Shown here piece by piece: positions 43,098-53,320 of a stretch of DNA of 64,000 nt. Location of the stretch: NCBI GenBank assembly GCA_016190985.1, contig JACPPI010000006.1, positions 112,526 to 176,525 of the forward strand, given 5' to 3'. The notes under the pieces are model-generated. The model was not told where the DNA came from. It ran no database searches and saw only the letters and a program-made list of their open reading frames with translations. The position numbers were made by a program, and so were the translations under genes. The DNA is from Opitutia bacterium (lineage in GTDB: Bacteria > Verrucomicrobiota > Verrucomicrobiia > Opitutales > Opitutaceae). Every line of letters begins with the position of its first letter. Position 1 is the first letter of the stretch.

Positions 43098-44303
43098 TCA
43101 GGGTGTGGTCCCCGAAGCCGTCTTCGGGTGCAGGTAGGAGCCGTGCACGGAGCAGCTCACATCGTAGCCGTTGTTCTCGTCGTAGTCGGCGGTATACTTG
43201 CCCCCGGCCAGGCAAGCCGGCATAGTCTTGATCAATTTGTCCGGACCGACCACCTCGTCCCAAGTTTTGGCACCGCGAGTGTTCTCCAGGCGGAACTGGT
43301 CGAATGCGGCCGCCAGCATGCGCTCCTGATTGAAGCAGGCTTTCTGCAGCGAGGCTTGGCGGACCTTTTGAAAGGCCGGAATGGCCATGGCGGCCATCAA
43401 GCCGATCACGACCACCATCATCATCGCGGCGACCGGTCCGCCTCCTCCGCCCACATTGCCGCCCGGGATGAACAGTCCGACCAGGTAGGCGAAGGGATTT
43501 CGCGGCGGTTTGGTGGACGCGGCGCCGGTTCCCAAGGCCAGGAGATCCGTGACCCGGCGGGAGAGTGTCGGGTAGGTCGAGGTCAGTTCATGCAGCGAGA
43601 CAAAAAAACCGCGTTCCTCCGTCAACTGGCTGGCAAAGGTGGTCGCGTTCAAAGCCGGGCCGTGTTGCCGGCCGCCGCCAAGGATCATCATGGCCCGAAC
43701 GGAGCCGCCCACGTCCTGGGCGGCAAAGGCCCCATAACGATCACAGGACGACTCCCAGGCGCGCCGGTAGGCGGGGCCGGCCAGGGGGAAGAACAAACCG
43801 GGGGCGAGGAATATCTGCTTCAGGATGTGGCGGCTTTTGATGTGACCCAGCTCGTGGCCGAGGATGAACTTCATCTCCGGAGAGGAAGGCCCCAGCGCCT
43901 CCAAAAAATCGGAATAGACCACCACGAAGTCGCGTCCGGAAAATCGCGTGGCAAAGGCGTTGAGCATGCCGCCGGCCTGGAGGACGTAGAGGGACGGAGG
44001 TTGGGTGACACCCAACTGGTGGCAGACTCCGGCGAAGGTGGTGTGCAAATCGGGCAGTTGCCGCCCGCTGACCCGGACAGCCTCGGAGCGAAGGTAGGCG
44101 ATCAAAAGGCCGTTGCCGAGCCACACAAAGAATCCGATGAAGACCGCGTAGATGAGGCCGACCATGCTGACGGCAAGCAGCACCCAGAACAGAATCGACA
44201 GAATGAGAACGAAGACAAAATAGGTGCCCTCCTTGGGCAGCGTGAGGTTGGCAGGCGACAGGCCGACAGGGGGAACCGGCGGATTTTTCTCGGCAGTGAT
44301 CAT
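43098..44303 (-). CDS. M48 family metallopeptidase fused to a C-terminal type IV pilin-like domain
   Basis: LNAFA, HELGH, RAWESSCDR, LTSTYP; then VVVIGLMAAMAIPAFQKVRQAS and C...CLAGGKY...CSVHG. Confidence 0.75.
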   Translation of the reverse strand: MITAEKNPPVPPVGLSPANLTLPKEGTYFVFVLILSILFWVLLAVSMVGLIYAVFIGFFVWLGNGLLIAYLRSEAVRVSGRQLPDLHTTFAGVCHQLGVTQPPSLYVLQAGGMLNAFATRFSGRDFVVVYSDFLEALGPSSPEMKFILGHELGHIKSRHILKQIFLAPGLFFPLAGPAYRRAWESSCDRYGAFAAQDVGGSVRAMMILGGGRQHGPALNATTFASQLTEERGFFVSLHELTSTYPTLSRRVTDLLALGTGAASTKPPRNPFAYLVGLFIPGGNVGGGGGPVAAMMMVVVIGLMAAMAIPAFQKVRQASLQKACFNQERMLAAAFDQFRLENTRGAKTWDEVVGPDKLIKTMPACLAGGKYTADYDENNGYDVSCSVHGSYLHPKTASGTTP

Positions 44304-44396
44304 GGGGTGGAGGAGTTGGGGGGCTGTTTCTGACTGTTGTTCGCAGTTATCGCGGAGAGAACCACATGGGAAGAAAACATGGGCCGAGTCCCGCGC

Positions 44397-45365
44397 TCAG
44401 AGCCCGCGCATAAAGTCGAAGGTGCGGTCGCTTTCGCCGGGCAGGTAGGCCTCGTGGGCGAAATCGGGGTAGATCACCATGTCCTTCGGCGCGGTGATCT
44501 TGTTGTAGGCGGCGAACTGGGTGGAGGGCGGGCAGACCGGGTCCATCAGGCCGGTGAACATGAGCACCTCGGCCTGGATGCGCGGCGCGAGGTGCTGGCA
44601 GTCGATGTAGCCGAGCTTGGTGAAGACCTCGCGCTCGCGCCGGTGCTGTGGGTCGAAGCTGCGGAACCAGAGGCGCAGCTCCTCGTAGGCGTCCTTGGCC
44701 AGGTCCATCTCCCACACGCGCTGGTAATCGCAGAGAAACGGGAAGACCGGCGCGGCGCGCTGGATGCGCGGCTCCAGCGCCGCGCAGGCGAGGGTGAGCG
44801 CCCCGCCCTGGGACTGGCCCAGGGCCCCGACGCGGGCGGCATCGACCTCGGGAAAACCCATCACGACCCGCGCGAGCTGGGCCGTGTCCAGGAAGATTTG
44901 CCGGAAAAGCAGCTTGCGCGGGTCGGGATCGTCGAGCCCGCGGATGATGTGGCCGCGCTGGGTGGTGCCGAGCACGCCGCCGCAGTCCTCGGATCGGCCG
45001 CCCTGGCCGCGGCAATCGAGCGCGGCCACGCAAAAGCCCTCGCCCGACCACGCGAGCCGCGGAGAAAAATCACCGCTGTGGCCGGAATAACCATGGAATT
45101 GCAGCACGGCGGGCTGGCGGCCGGCTGCCTTGCGCGGACGGACATACTTCGCATAGACCCGGGCCCCGCCCACGCCGGTGAACCACAGGTCGAAGGCCTC
45201 GCTGTGCTGCGGGGCGATGTTCTTCGCGGGGATGAGCTCGGGCTTCGGGTCGGTGGCGTCGAGCTCGCGCAACGCGGCATCCCAGTAGGCGTCGAAGTCG
45301 GCCGGGCGGGGATTCAGGCCGGGATAAGTCTTGAGTTCGGCGAGGGGCTTGTCGATCAGCGGCAT
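44397..45365 (-). CDS. Acetyl xylan esterase / cephalosporin-C deacetylase (CE7)
   Basis: FHGYSG, DCRGQGG, RGLDD, GQSQGG nucleophile motif, D-x-VCPPSTQFA-x-YN, HE. Confidence 0.9.
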   Translation of the reverse strand: MPLIDKPLAELKTYPGLNPRPADFDAYWDAALRELDATDPKPELIPAKNIAPQHSEAFDLWFTGVGGARVYAKYVRPRKAAGRQPAVLQFHGYSGHSGDFSPRLAWSGEGFCVAALDCRGQGGRSEDCGGVLGTTQRGHIIRGLDDPDPRKLLFRQIFLDTAQLARVVMGFPEVDAARVGALGQSQGGALTLACAALEPRIQRAAPVFPFLCDYQRVWEMDLAKDAYEELRLWFRSFDPQHRREREVFTKLGYIDCQHLAPRIQAEVLMFTGLMDPVCPPSTQFAAYNKITAPKDMVIYPDFAHEAYLPGESDRTFDFMRGL

Positions 45366-45388
45366 GGTGCGTGGAGGCAGGCAGGTTT

Positions 45389-46222
45389 TCAAAAGACCCG
45401 CAAGAACGAGCGGGGCCCGGCGTCGAGCGCCGTGATCGGGCCGGTCGCGTGGGTGGCGACCAACCGCCCGTCCGCCGCGAATTCGCCCAGCGAATTTCCG
45501 TCGGCCAGCGGCACGAAGAAATGCCCTTGGTCAGAGTCGTAACCGAGCGACACGGGTCGGACTTCCCCGGCAAGTGTAACGCAATACGTTACACTCCCCT
45601 CAGAGGAGACATGGCCGATCCGGACGAGGTGGGTCGTCGTGAGCACGAGCAAGCGGTTGTTTTTCTGGTCGAAGGCGAGACCGCCGATGGGCTCGGCTGG
45701 ACCACGCAGCTCGATACGGCGGACGAATCCGCCGAATAGCGTCAGTTCCACTACGGAACGCCCGTCGGGGTGCACGGCGAAGAGGTGCCGGTCGCTGGAG
45801 CGGATGGCGAGATCGGCCGAGACGGTGGTGTGGGCACCGTTGCCGACTCCTGCCGGCCCGGTGTTTGTCCCCACAACTTCGCCCGCTGGCGAATTGTCTG
45901 GCAAAAACGGCATGTCGCGGAGGACTTTTCCCGAGGGCCGCTCGATGACGCGGATGGAGCCGGCCAGCCGGAGGAAGAGATGGTCGGTGTTGAAGTCATA
46001 GGCCAGGCCCAGCACGGCCTCCCCGGCGGTCCGGCCGTTGCTGATCTCCTTTGCGTCGGGCCCCAGGTCATGCACCGCCGTCGATGCCGAGGTCGTGTAG
46101 TAGACATGATTCGGCCCGCGTGTCGCGCATCCGCCTCCGCCGAAGGCTGCGGCGGACAGGGCCGCAAGCAGACCGAGCTTTCGGATTGTCTCCCGGGCGC
46201 GCGCGAGCGTTAGTGGCGGCAT
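45389..46222 (-). CDS. Putative lipoprotein with beta-propeller-like repeats
   Basis: Lipobox-like GGGC; repeated L[AG]-x-D...LF blades (LAYDFNTDHLF, LAFDQKNNRLL, LGYDSDQGHFF). Confidence 0.55.
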   Translation of the reverse strand: MPPLTLARARETIRKLGLLAALSAAAFGGGGCATRGPNHVYYTTSASTAVHDLGPDAKEISNGRTAGEAVLGLAYDFNTDHLFLRLAGSIRVIERPSGKVLRDMPFLPDNSPAGEVVGTNTGPAGVGNGAHTTVSADLAIRSSDRHLFAVHPDGRSVVELTLFGGFVRRIELRGPAEPIGGLAFDQKNNRLLVLTTTHLVRIGHVSSEGSVTYCVTLAGEVRPVSLGYDSDQGHFFVPLADGNSLGEFAADGRLVATHATGPITALDAGPRSFLRVF

Positions 46223-46278
46223 CGGCGGGCACTTTCATCGGCTCCCGCTCAAGCGTAAACCCAATTTTCCCGCCCGCC

Positions 46279-48000
46279 ATGATGCTCCGCCATTGGGCCC
46301 TGGCCTGCCTCATCGCCACCGGTTTGACAGACCTGGCGACCCGGGCGGCGGCGCCGTTCGCGGATTCGCCATTTGGCGCGCCGGTCGCGGCCACCACGGC
46401 GGAGGACAAGACGGACACGGGCAACCGGCTGGCGCTGGTCAGCGGCGGCTACGACGCGCTGCTCCTGCGCGTCCACCTGATCCGCCAGGCGCGGAGTTCC
46501 ATCGACATCCAGACCTTCATCTGGAGCAACGACGAGTGCGGCCGGCTCCTGATGCATGAGCTGATCGGGGCGGCCCGGCGCGGGGTGAAGGTCCGCATCA
46601 TCGCGGACCACATGGTCTCGGCGCAGGACCCGGTGATGACGGCGTTTCTCGCCACGGTGCACCCGAACCTCGAGGTGAAGCACTACCGGCCGGCCCTGGC
46701 GCGCCTGCGGCCGTCGAAATTGCGGAAGGCCCTCGCCGCGGCGGCCTCGTTCCACGGCACGAACCAGCGCATGCACAACAAGCTCATGGTCTTTGACGAC
46801 GCGGTCATGATCACGGGCGGCCGCAACATCGAGAACACCTACTTCGACCACTCGACCGAGCTGAATTTCCGGGACCGCGACGTGCTGGCGGTCGGCCCGG
46901 TCGCGCGCGAGGCGGCGGCGTCATTCGCCCAGTTCTGGTCCTACCGGCACGCGGTCGCGAGCCGCGACCTGGCGGATGTGGCCGCCGTGATCGCGGCTGG
47001 CAGCCATCCCCGTTACAACGCCCGCGCCGACTATGATTTCGGCGGCCACTTCACGGCGCTCGACCGTGAGGCGGACGACGCCGCGCTGGTGGCCGCCCGC
47101 TTCACGTCGCGCCTGAAGCCGGTTAACCGGGTGGCGTTCCTCGCGGACAATCCCGGCAAGACGGCGGGCTTTTTCTCGCGCACGGCGCGCATCACGCGGG
47201 AGCTGCGGCGCACCCTGGAGCAGGCGAGGCGGAGCATCGTCATGCAGACGCCCTACCTGGTGCTGAGCCCGGCGGCCCGGGGCCTGTTCCGCGAGCTCCG
47301 GGAGAAGAACCCGGGCCTGCGCGTCCAGGTTTCCTCGAACAGTTTCGCCTCCACCGACAATCTGCTCGCCTACTCGGCGAATTACCGGCTGCGCGGCAAC
47401 TACGTCGACGACCTGAAGCTGCAGGTGCATGAGTTCAAGCCCCGGCCCGCCGCGCTGACGGATATTTTCCCCGGATATCCGCTGATGGCGGAGCGCGCGG
47501 CGGAACTGATCAAGGCCGGCCGGCAAAAGCGGCCGCCGTTCCTGTGCCTGCACGCCAAGTCGCTGGTCGTGGATGACCGGCTGGCCTTTGTGGGCTCCTA
47601 CAACCTTGATCCCCGCTCGGAAAACCTGAACACCGAGGTCGGCCTGCTGGTGGAGGACGAGGCTTTCGCCCGGGAGCTGCATGAGGAGATCGCCCGCGAC
47701 ATGCGTCCGGAGAACAGCTGGGTGATCGCCCGCCGCAACATCCCGCTGAAGCTCGATGTGCTCAACGGCCTGGTTGATGGCATCCTCTCGCTCAGCCCGA
47801 TCGACATCTGGCCGATCCAGAACACCAGCAGCTTTGAATTGCGGCCGGGCGCGGCCGAGGTGCCGCCCGGCGACCCGGCCTTCTATCAAAATTACCGCGA
47901 CACGGGTCCGTTTCCCGGCGCGGACGGCGCGCTCAGCAACAAGGAAATCCTGACGCGGCTCTACAAGGCCATCGGCGCGCCCCTGACCCCGGTCTTGTAA
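46279..48000 (+). CDS. Phospholipase D family protein (ClsC/YmdC-like), exported
   Basis: Two HKD motifs: RMHNKLMVFD...GGRNI and LHAKSLVVD...GSYNLDPRS; N-terminal signal-like segment. Confidence 0.9.
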   Translation: MMLRHWALACLIATGLTDLATRAAAPFADSPFGAPVAATTAEDKTDTGNRLALVSGGYDALLLRVHLIRQARSSIDIQTFIWSNDECGRLLMHELIGAARRGVKVRIIADHMVSAQDPVMTAFLATVHPNLEVKHYRPALARLRPSKLRKALAAAASFHGTNQRMHNKLMVFDDAVMITGGRNIENTYFDHSTELNFRDRDVLAVGPVAREAAASFAQFWSYRHAVASRDLADVAAVIAAGSHPRYNARADYDFGGHFTALDREADDAALVAARFTSRLKPVNRVAFLADNPGKTAGFFSRTARITRELRRTLEQARRSIVMQTPYLVLSPAARGLFRELREKNPGLRVQVSSNSFASTDNLLAYSANYRLRGNYVDDLKLQVHEFKPRPAALTDIFPGYPLMAERAAELIKAGRQKRPPFLCLHAKSLVVDDRLAFVGSYNLDPRSENLNTEVGLLVEDEAFARELHEEIARDMRPENSWVIARRNIPLKLDVLNGLVDGILSLSPIDIWPIQNTSSFELRPGAAEVPPGDPAFYQNYRDTGPFPGADGALSNKEILTRLYKAIGAPLTPVL

Positions 48001-48042
48001 CACGCCGCCGTGCCAGGGGACCGGTTCACCTGGCGCGGGTTG

Positions 48043-48618
48043 TCAGGAAGCGAGGGTTTTTTCGATGCGGCGGTCGGGCACGAGCCAGATGACCGCGACG
48101 AGCACGTAGAGCGCGAGGCTGAGCCACGTCTGCCAGAACGCCAGCGGGATGGCGGCGGCGTAGATGACGAGAGAGAGCTTGCCCTTGAAATCCGCGCCCA
48201 TGGCGCGCGCGAGGTGCGAGTCGGCCTCGTGGCCGGCCAGCAGCACGCGCACCAGGGTCCGGTAGCCGATGCCCGCCATCAGAAGCACGCCACCGTAGGC
48301 CGCCACGGTCCACGGCGCGAAATGGTTCTCGCCCGCCCAGGCGGTGGCGAAGGGAAACAGCGACAGCCAGAACAGCAGGTGCAGGTTGGCCCAGAGCACG
48401 GCGCCGTTGATGTGCTTCACCGCCTGAAAAAGGTGATGGTGGTTGTTCCAGTAGATGCCGACATAGATGAAGCTGAGGACGTAGCTGAGAAAAACCGGCG
48501 CGAGCCCGGAGAGCGCCGCGAGGCCGGCGCCGTGCGGCACCTTCAGCTCGAGGACCATGATGGTGATGATGATGGCGATCACGCCATCGCTGAACGCCTC
48601 AAGCCGGCCTTTGTGCAT
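48043..48618 (-). CDS. TMEM175-family potassium channel-like protein
   Basis: RLEAFSDGVIAIIITIMVLEL, SYVLSF-x-YVGIYWNNHH. Confidence 0.9.
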   Translation of the reverse strand: MHKGRLEAFSDGVIAIIITIMVLELKVPHGAGLAALSGLAPVFLSYVLSFIYVGIYWNNHHHLFQAVKHINGAVLWANLHLLFWLSLFPFATAWAGENHFAPWTVAAYGGVLLMAGIGYRTLVRVLLAGHEADSHLARAMGADFKGKLSLVIYAAAIPLAFWQTWLSLALYVLVAVIWLVPDRRIEKTLAS

Positions 48619-48721
48619 GCGCCCAACAAGCGCGATTTGCCGCCGTCCCGCAATCCGGATATCGTCGGCCTGCGGCTTTGAATCCGTTTGCGCCGGCCGC
48701 ATGGATTCGTAACCTGCCGGC

Positions 48722-49693
<972 letters not shown>

Positions 49694-49703
49694 CTCCGGT
49701 GGA

Positions 49704-49792
49704 AACGCCCAACGTTTAACGCCCAACTTTGAACATTCAACTGACGGCACCGGCTTCGACGTTGGGCGTTGAGCGTTCAGCGCTGAGTGTTG
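49704..49792. repeat. Inverted pair of 7-bp tandem arrays at the moxR-DUF58 junction
   Basis: Left aacgccc/aacgttt/aacgccc/aactttg/aacattc; right gttgggc/gttgagc/gttcagc/gctgagt. Confidence 0.8.
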
Positions 49793-50994
49793 CCGCCGCC
49801 GCGGCGGCCGACTGGCAGGGCCCCGGCGCGCGGAGCCGCCGCCGGGTGTTCCGCTGGCACGCGCTGCTCTGGGCGCTGGTGTTTCCGCCGAAGCGCCATC
49901 GCATTTCCCTGACCGTGCCGGGCCTGTTCCTGATGGGCCTGTCGGTCGGCATCGGCACGGCCGCCTACAACACGGCGAGCAACATCCTCTTCATCACGCT
50001 CTCGCTGCTGCTCGCCTGCCTGCTGCTCAGCGGCCTGCTGTCATGGTTCAACTTCATGGGCATCTGCTGGCGGGTGCGGCCGCAGGGCCCGTGGCGCGCC
50101 GGGCACGAGACATTGGTGACGGTTGAGGTGGAGAACCGGAAAAACTGGCTGCCGACCTACAGCCTGTGGTTCGAGCTGGCCACGCAGCCCCGCCACCCGC
50201 CGCCGCCGGAGAAACCCGAAAAGGCAATGCGGATGCGCGAGATTCTCGCCGCCGCGGAGCAGCACGTGACCCGCGGCCGGATATTCCTGCGCGAACGCCT
50301 GGAGCCGCGCGGCGCGGCCAGTCTCGACTGGGGCGTGAAGCCCACCTGGCGCGGCGAGGCGGTGGTCGAGCTGGGGGCGGTGGGGTCGCTGTTTCCCTTT
50401 GGCTTCTTGCGGAAAAACATCGGCACGGCGCTGAAGCGCACCGTGCTCGTCTGGCCCGCGCAGGTGGAATACCAGTGGAAGGGCGCGGTGGCCGCGCACG
50501 CCGGGTCCTCCGGCCAGCGCACGGCACGGGCCGGCGCGGGCGACGACCTGCTGGCGCTGCGCAAATACGAGCAGGGCGACTCGCACCGGCTCATCCACTG
50601 GAAGGCCAGCGCCCGCCTGGGCCAGCTCATGATCCGGCAATTCGCCGCCGAGAGCCACGACGGCTATGTGCTGCGGCTCGACACCCCGGCGGCCATCTGG
50701 AGGCACCCCGAGCAATTCGAGTTGCTGTGCGGTTTCGCCGGCACGCTGGCCGAGGATCTTTATGCCGCCGGGCGATTGCGCGGCGTCAGCGTGAACGGCG
50801 GACCGCTGCTGGAAACGCGCCGCCTCCGCGACCTCGAGGCCCTGCTCGACGAGCTGGCGCGGCTGCAACCGGTGGAAAAACCAGGCCCCGGGCCCGCGGG
50901 GTCCGCCGTCACCAAGAACCTCATCACCTTCGCGCCCGAGGGCGCGCGGGGAGTCACCGCCTATGCCGACGGCCAGCAAACCGCGTCAGCTTAG
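49729..50994 (+). CDS. DUF58 domain protein (start uncertain)
   Basis: AAYNTASN-x-LF, FPFGF, LR-x-YEQGDS-x-RLIHWKASAR. Confidence 0.85.
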   Translation: MNIQLTAPASTLGVERSALSVAAAAAADWQGPGARSRRRVFRWHALLWALVFPPKRHRISLTVPGLFLMGLSVGIGTAAYNTASNILFITLSLLLACLLLSGLLSWFNFMGICWRVRPQGPWRAGHETLVTVEVENRKNWLPTYSLWFELATQPRHPPPPEKPEKAMRMREILAAAEQHVTRGRIFLRERLEPRGAASLDWGVKPTWRGEAVVELGAVGSLFPFGFLRKNIGTALKRTVLVWPAQVEYQWKGAVAAHAGSSGQRTARAGAGDDLLALRKYEQGDSHRLIHWKASARLGQLMIRQFAAESHDGYVLRLDTPAAIWRHPEQFELLCGFAGTLAEDLYAAGRLRGVSVNGGPLLETRRLRDLEALLDELARLQPVEKPGPGPAGSAVTKNLITFAPEGARGVTAYADGQQTASA

Positions 50995-53179
50995 CCTCGA
51001 TGAACTGCGGCGGCTGAACTGGCTGCTGGGCGGCGCCATGGCGCTGGTGTCGCTGTGGACGGTGTTCTTTCTCGACATCGAGGCGCTCGGGTTGGTCGGC
51101 GTGGCGGGGGCCGTGATCCTCGCCGCCCTCGTCTGGCCGGCGATCCCGGGCCGGGTGCCGGCGCTCGTCTGGAAGCTGTCCGTGCCCGCCATCATCGTGG
51201 CGATGGCGGCGGATTTCCACTTCAGCGCCGACACGCTGCCGGTGCTCATCCGGCTGGCGATCCTGCTCGTGCTCCACCGCGCGGTGGCCTACCGGCGGAA
51301 ACGCGAGGACCTGCAGCTCATCGTGCTGAGCCTGTTTCTCGTGGTGGTGGCCGGCGTGCTCACGGTGTCGCTCGGTTTCGCCTTCCTGCTCCTGCTTTTC
51401 ACCGCCTGCGCCCTGGGTTTTCTTTTTGTCATCAACCTCATCGCCGCCTCCGAGACCGGCGCGGCCCGCACGCCCGAGGCCGAGACGGCCTGGACCCGCC
51501 TCGGGTGGGGCCGGTTCTTCGCCCGGTTGCGCGCGGTGGCCGACTGGCGGCTGCTGGCGTTCGCCTCGGTGCTGTTCGTGACGGTCGTGGCGATGTCGGG
51601 CCTGCTGTTCCTCATCATCCCGCGCTTCGAGCTGGCGACGGGCTTCTTCCTCGACCGCTACATCACGCGCAAGAGCCGCACGGGCTTCACGGAGACGGTC
51701 CGGTTTGGCTCGGTGAGCGAGCTGATCCGCGACGAGAGCGTGGCGATGCGGGTGGACCTGTCCGAGGCCTCGGGTCTCCGCGAGCCGCCCTACTGGCGGC
51801 TGGTCGTGCTCGATGAATACACGCCGGAGGGCTTCAAGGTCTCCGCCGGGCTCAAGGGCGAGCTGCTGCGCGGGCAACGCATGGTGCAGGGGGTGCGCGG
51901 CCGGCAACTGGGCCGCGAGGTCAACGCCGTCGGCGGGATCTGGACCTTCTACATCGAGCCCGGCGTCAGCCGGTTTCTGCCGTTGCCGGGCAGCTATGGC
52001 CAGTTGCGGATGCGCGACATCTCCCCCGTGCAGTTCAGCCCCGGGCACCGCGTCGTGGCCCTGCGCACCGAGCCGATGACCATGACCGCATTCCAGCTCG
52101 ATGCGGTGGAGCTGACCGCCACGCTGACCGACGCACGGTTCAACCAACTGGCGGAGAAAGCCCGCGTAGGTCCGCCGCCCGTCGCCGACCAATACCGCTA
52201 CGATCCGCTGGTCAACCTGCGCGGCCCGGCCGGCCCGGCCAACGAGGCCGTGCTCCGGCGCGTGGTGGGCGAGATCACCGGCGGCGCGGCGCTGCCGGCG
52301 GAGGAGTTCACGCGGCGCGCCACGGCGTGGCTGCAAAGGCGGCACGCCTATTCCCTCTCGTCCAAGCTGCCGAAGGGCGAGGGCGACGACATCGTGCGCT
52401 GGCTGGATTCGAACGAGCCCGGCTTCTGCGAGTATTTCGCCGCGAGCCTGACGGTGCTGGCCCGGGCGGCGGGCCACCCGGCGCGGGTGGTGGCGGGTTT
52501 CCACGGCGGAGTGCTGAACGGCTTTGAGAACTACTACATGGTGCGGAACTCCGACGCGCACGCCTGGGCGGAGATCTACGACGGCAAGACCGCGTGGGTC
52601 CGCGCCGACCCGACCCCGGGCGCGGTCGCCACGGCGGCGGCGGCGGCGCAGGCCGCCCGGCAGGAGCAGGACAGCAGCTGGTCGGCGCGCGTGGACAGCC
52701 TCCGCGTGCTCTGGTATCGGCGCATCGTCAATTTCGACTCGCGGGCGCAGGTGCAGATGCTCGACTCGGTGAGGACGTTCACGACCGACTCCGGCGCGGC
52801 GTTGCGGGCGCGCTTCGACGAGTTTTCCAAGCAGCTCAAGGCCTGGCTGCTCCGGCCCTGGGACGCGGCCCGCACCGGTCGCACGGCGCGGCTGGCGGTC
52901 GGCGCGCTCGCGCTCGGCTGGCTGCTGGTGCGGCTGGCCCAGTGGGCCTGGGTGCGCTGGCGGATGTGGCGCCGGCCGGAGTCCTCCGACCCGGTGCGCC
53001 TGAAAGCGGGGCAGTGGCTCACGCGGCTGAGGAGAAGTGACAAGTGGCAAGGGACAAGTGGCAAGCCGGACCCGGTGGTCGCCGACCTGCGGCGGCTGCG
53101 CTATGGCCGGCGCGAAACCTGGCCGGAGCCGCGCGGCGTGTTCAAGCGGGCACGGCTGGCACGGCGCGCCATCCGCTGA
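50963..53179 (+). CDS. DUF3488/transglutaminase domain membrane protein
   Basis: N-terminal TM bundle; YWRLVVLD; catalytic GFCEYFA, PARVVAGF, HAWAE, DPT. Confidence 0.9.
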   Translation: MPTASKPRQLSLDELRRLNWLLGGAMALVSLWTVFFLDIEALGLVGVAGAVILAALVWPAIPGRVPALVWKLSVPAIIVAMAADFHFSADTLPVLIRLAILLVLHRAVAYRRKREDLQLIVLSLFLVVVAGVLTVSLGFAFLLLLFTACALGFLFVINLIAASETGAARTPEAETAWTRLGWGRFFARLRAVADWRLLAFASVLFVTVVAMSGLLFLIIPRFELATGFFLDRYITRKSRTGFTETVRFGSVSELIRDESVAMRVDLSEASGLREPPYWRLVVLDEYTPEGFKVSAGLKGELLRGQRMVQGVRGRQLGREVNAVGGIWTFYIEPGVSRFLPLPGSYGQLRMRDISPVQFSPGHRVVALRTEPMTMTAFQLDAVELTATLTDARFNQLAEKARVGPPPVADQYRYDPLVNLRGPAGPANEAVLRRVVGEITGGAALPAEEFTRRATAWLQRRHAYSLSSKLPKGEGDDIVRWLDSNEPGFCEYFAASLTVLARAAGHPARVVAGFHGGVLNGFENYYMVRNSDAHAWAEIYDGKTAWVRADPTPGAVATAAAAAQAARQEQDSSWSARVDSLRVLWYRRIVNFDSRAQVQMLDSVRTFTTDSGAALRARFDEFSKQLKAWLLRPWDAARTGRTARLAVGALALGWLLVRLAQWAWVRWRMWRRPESSDPVRLKAGQWLTRLRRSDKWQGTSGKPDPVVADLRRLRYGRRETWPEPRGVFKRARLARRAIR

Positions 53180-53199
53180 AGCACACTCCGAAAGAGACG

Positions 53200-53276
53200 G
53201 GTGGAGCGCGTTGACCCCAACGCGCTTGAGGAATGTGCGCTCGCGAACCAGCGTGTTGAGGTCAACCCGCTCCACC
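53200..53276. repeat. REP-like inverted doublet, GGTGGAGCG family (copy 3), between convergent genes
   Basis: Right part accagcgtgttgaggtcaacccgctccacctcgg is shared with the 23542 copy. Confidence 0.85.
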
Positions 53277-53320
53277 TCGGACTGAATCGGCCGGGCTCAA
53301 GAGGAGATCAGGCGCGGTGA

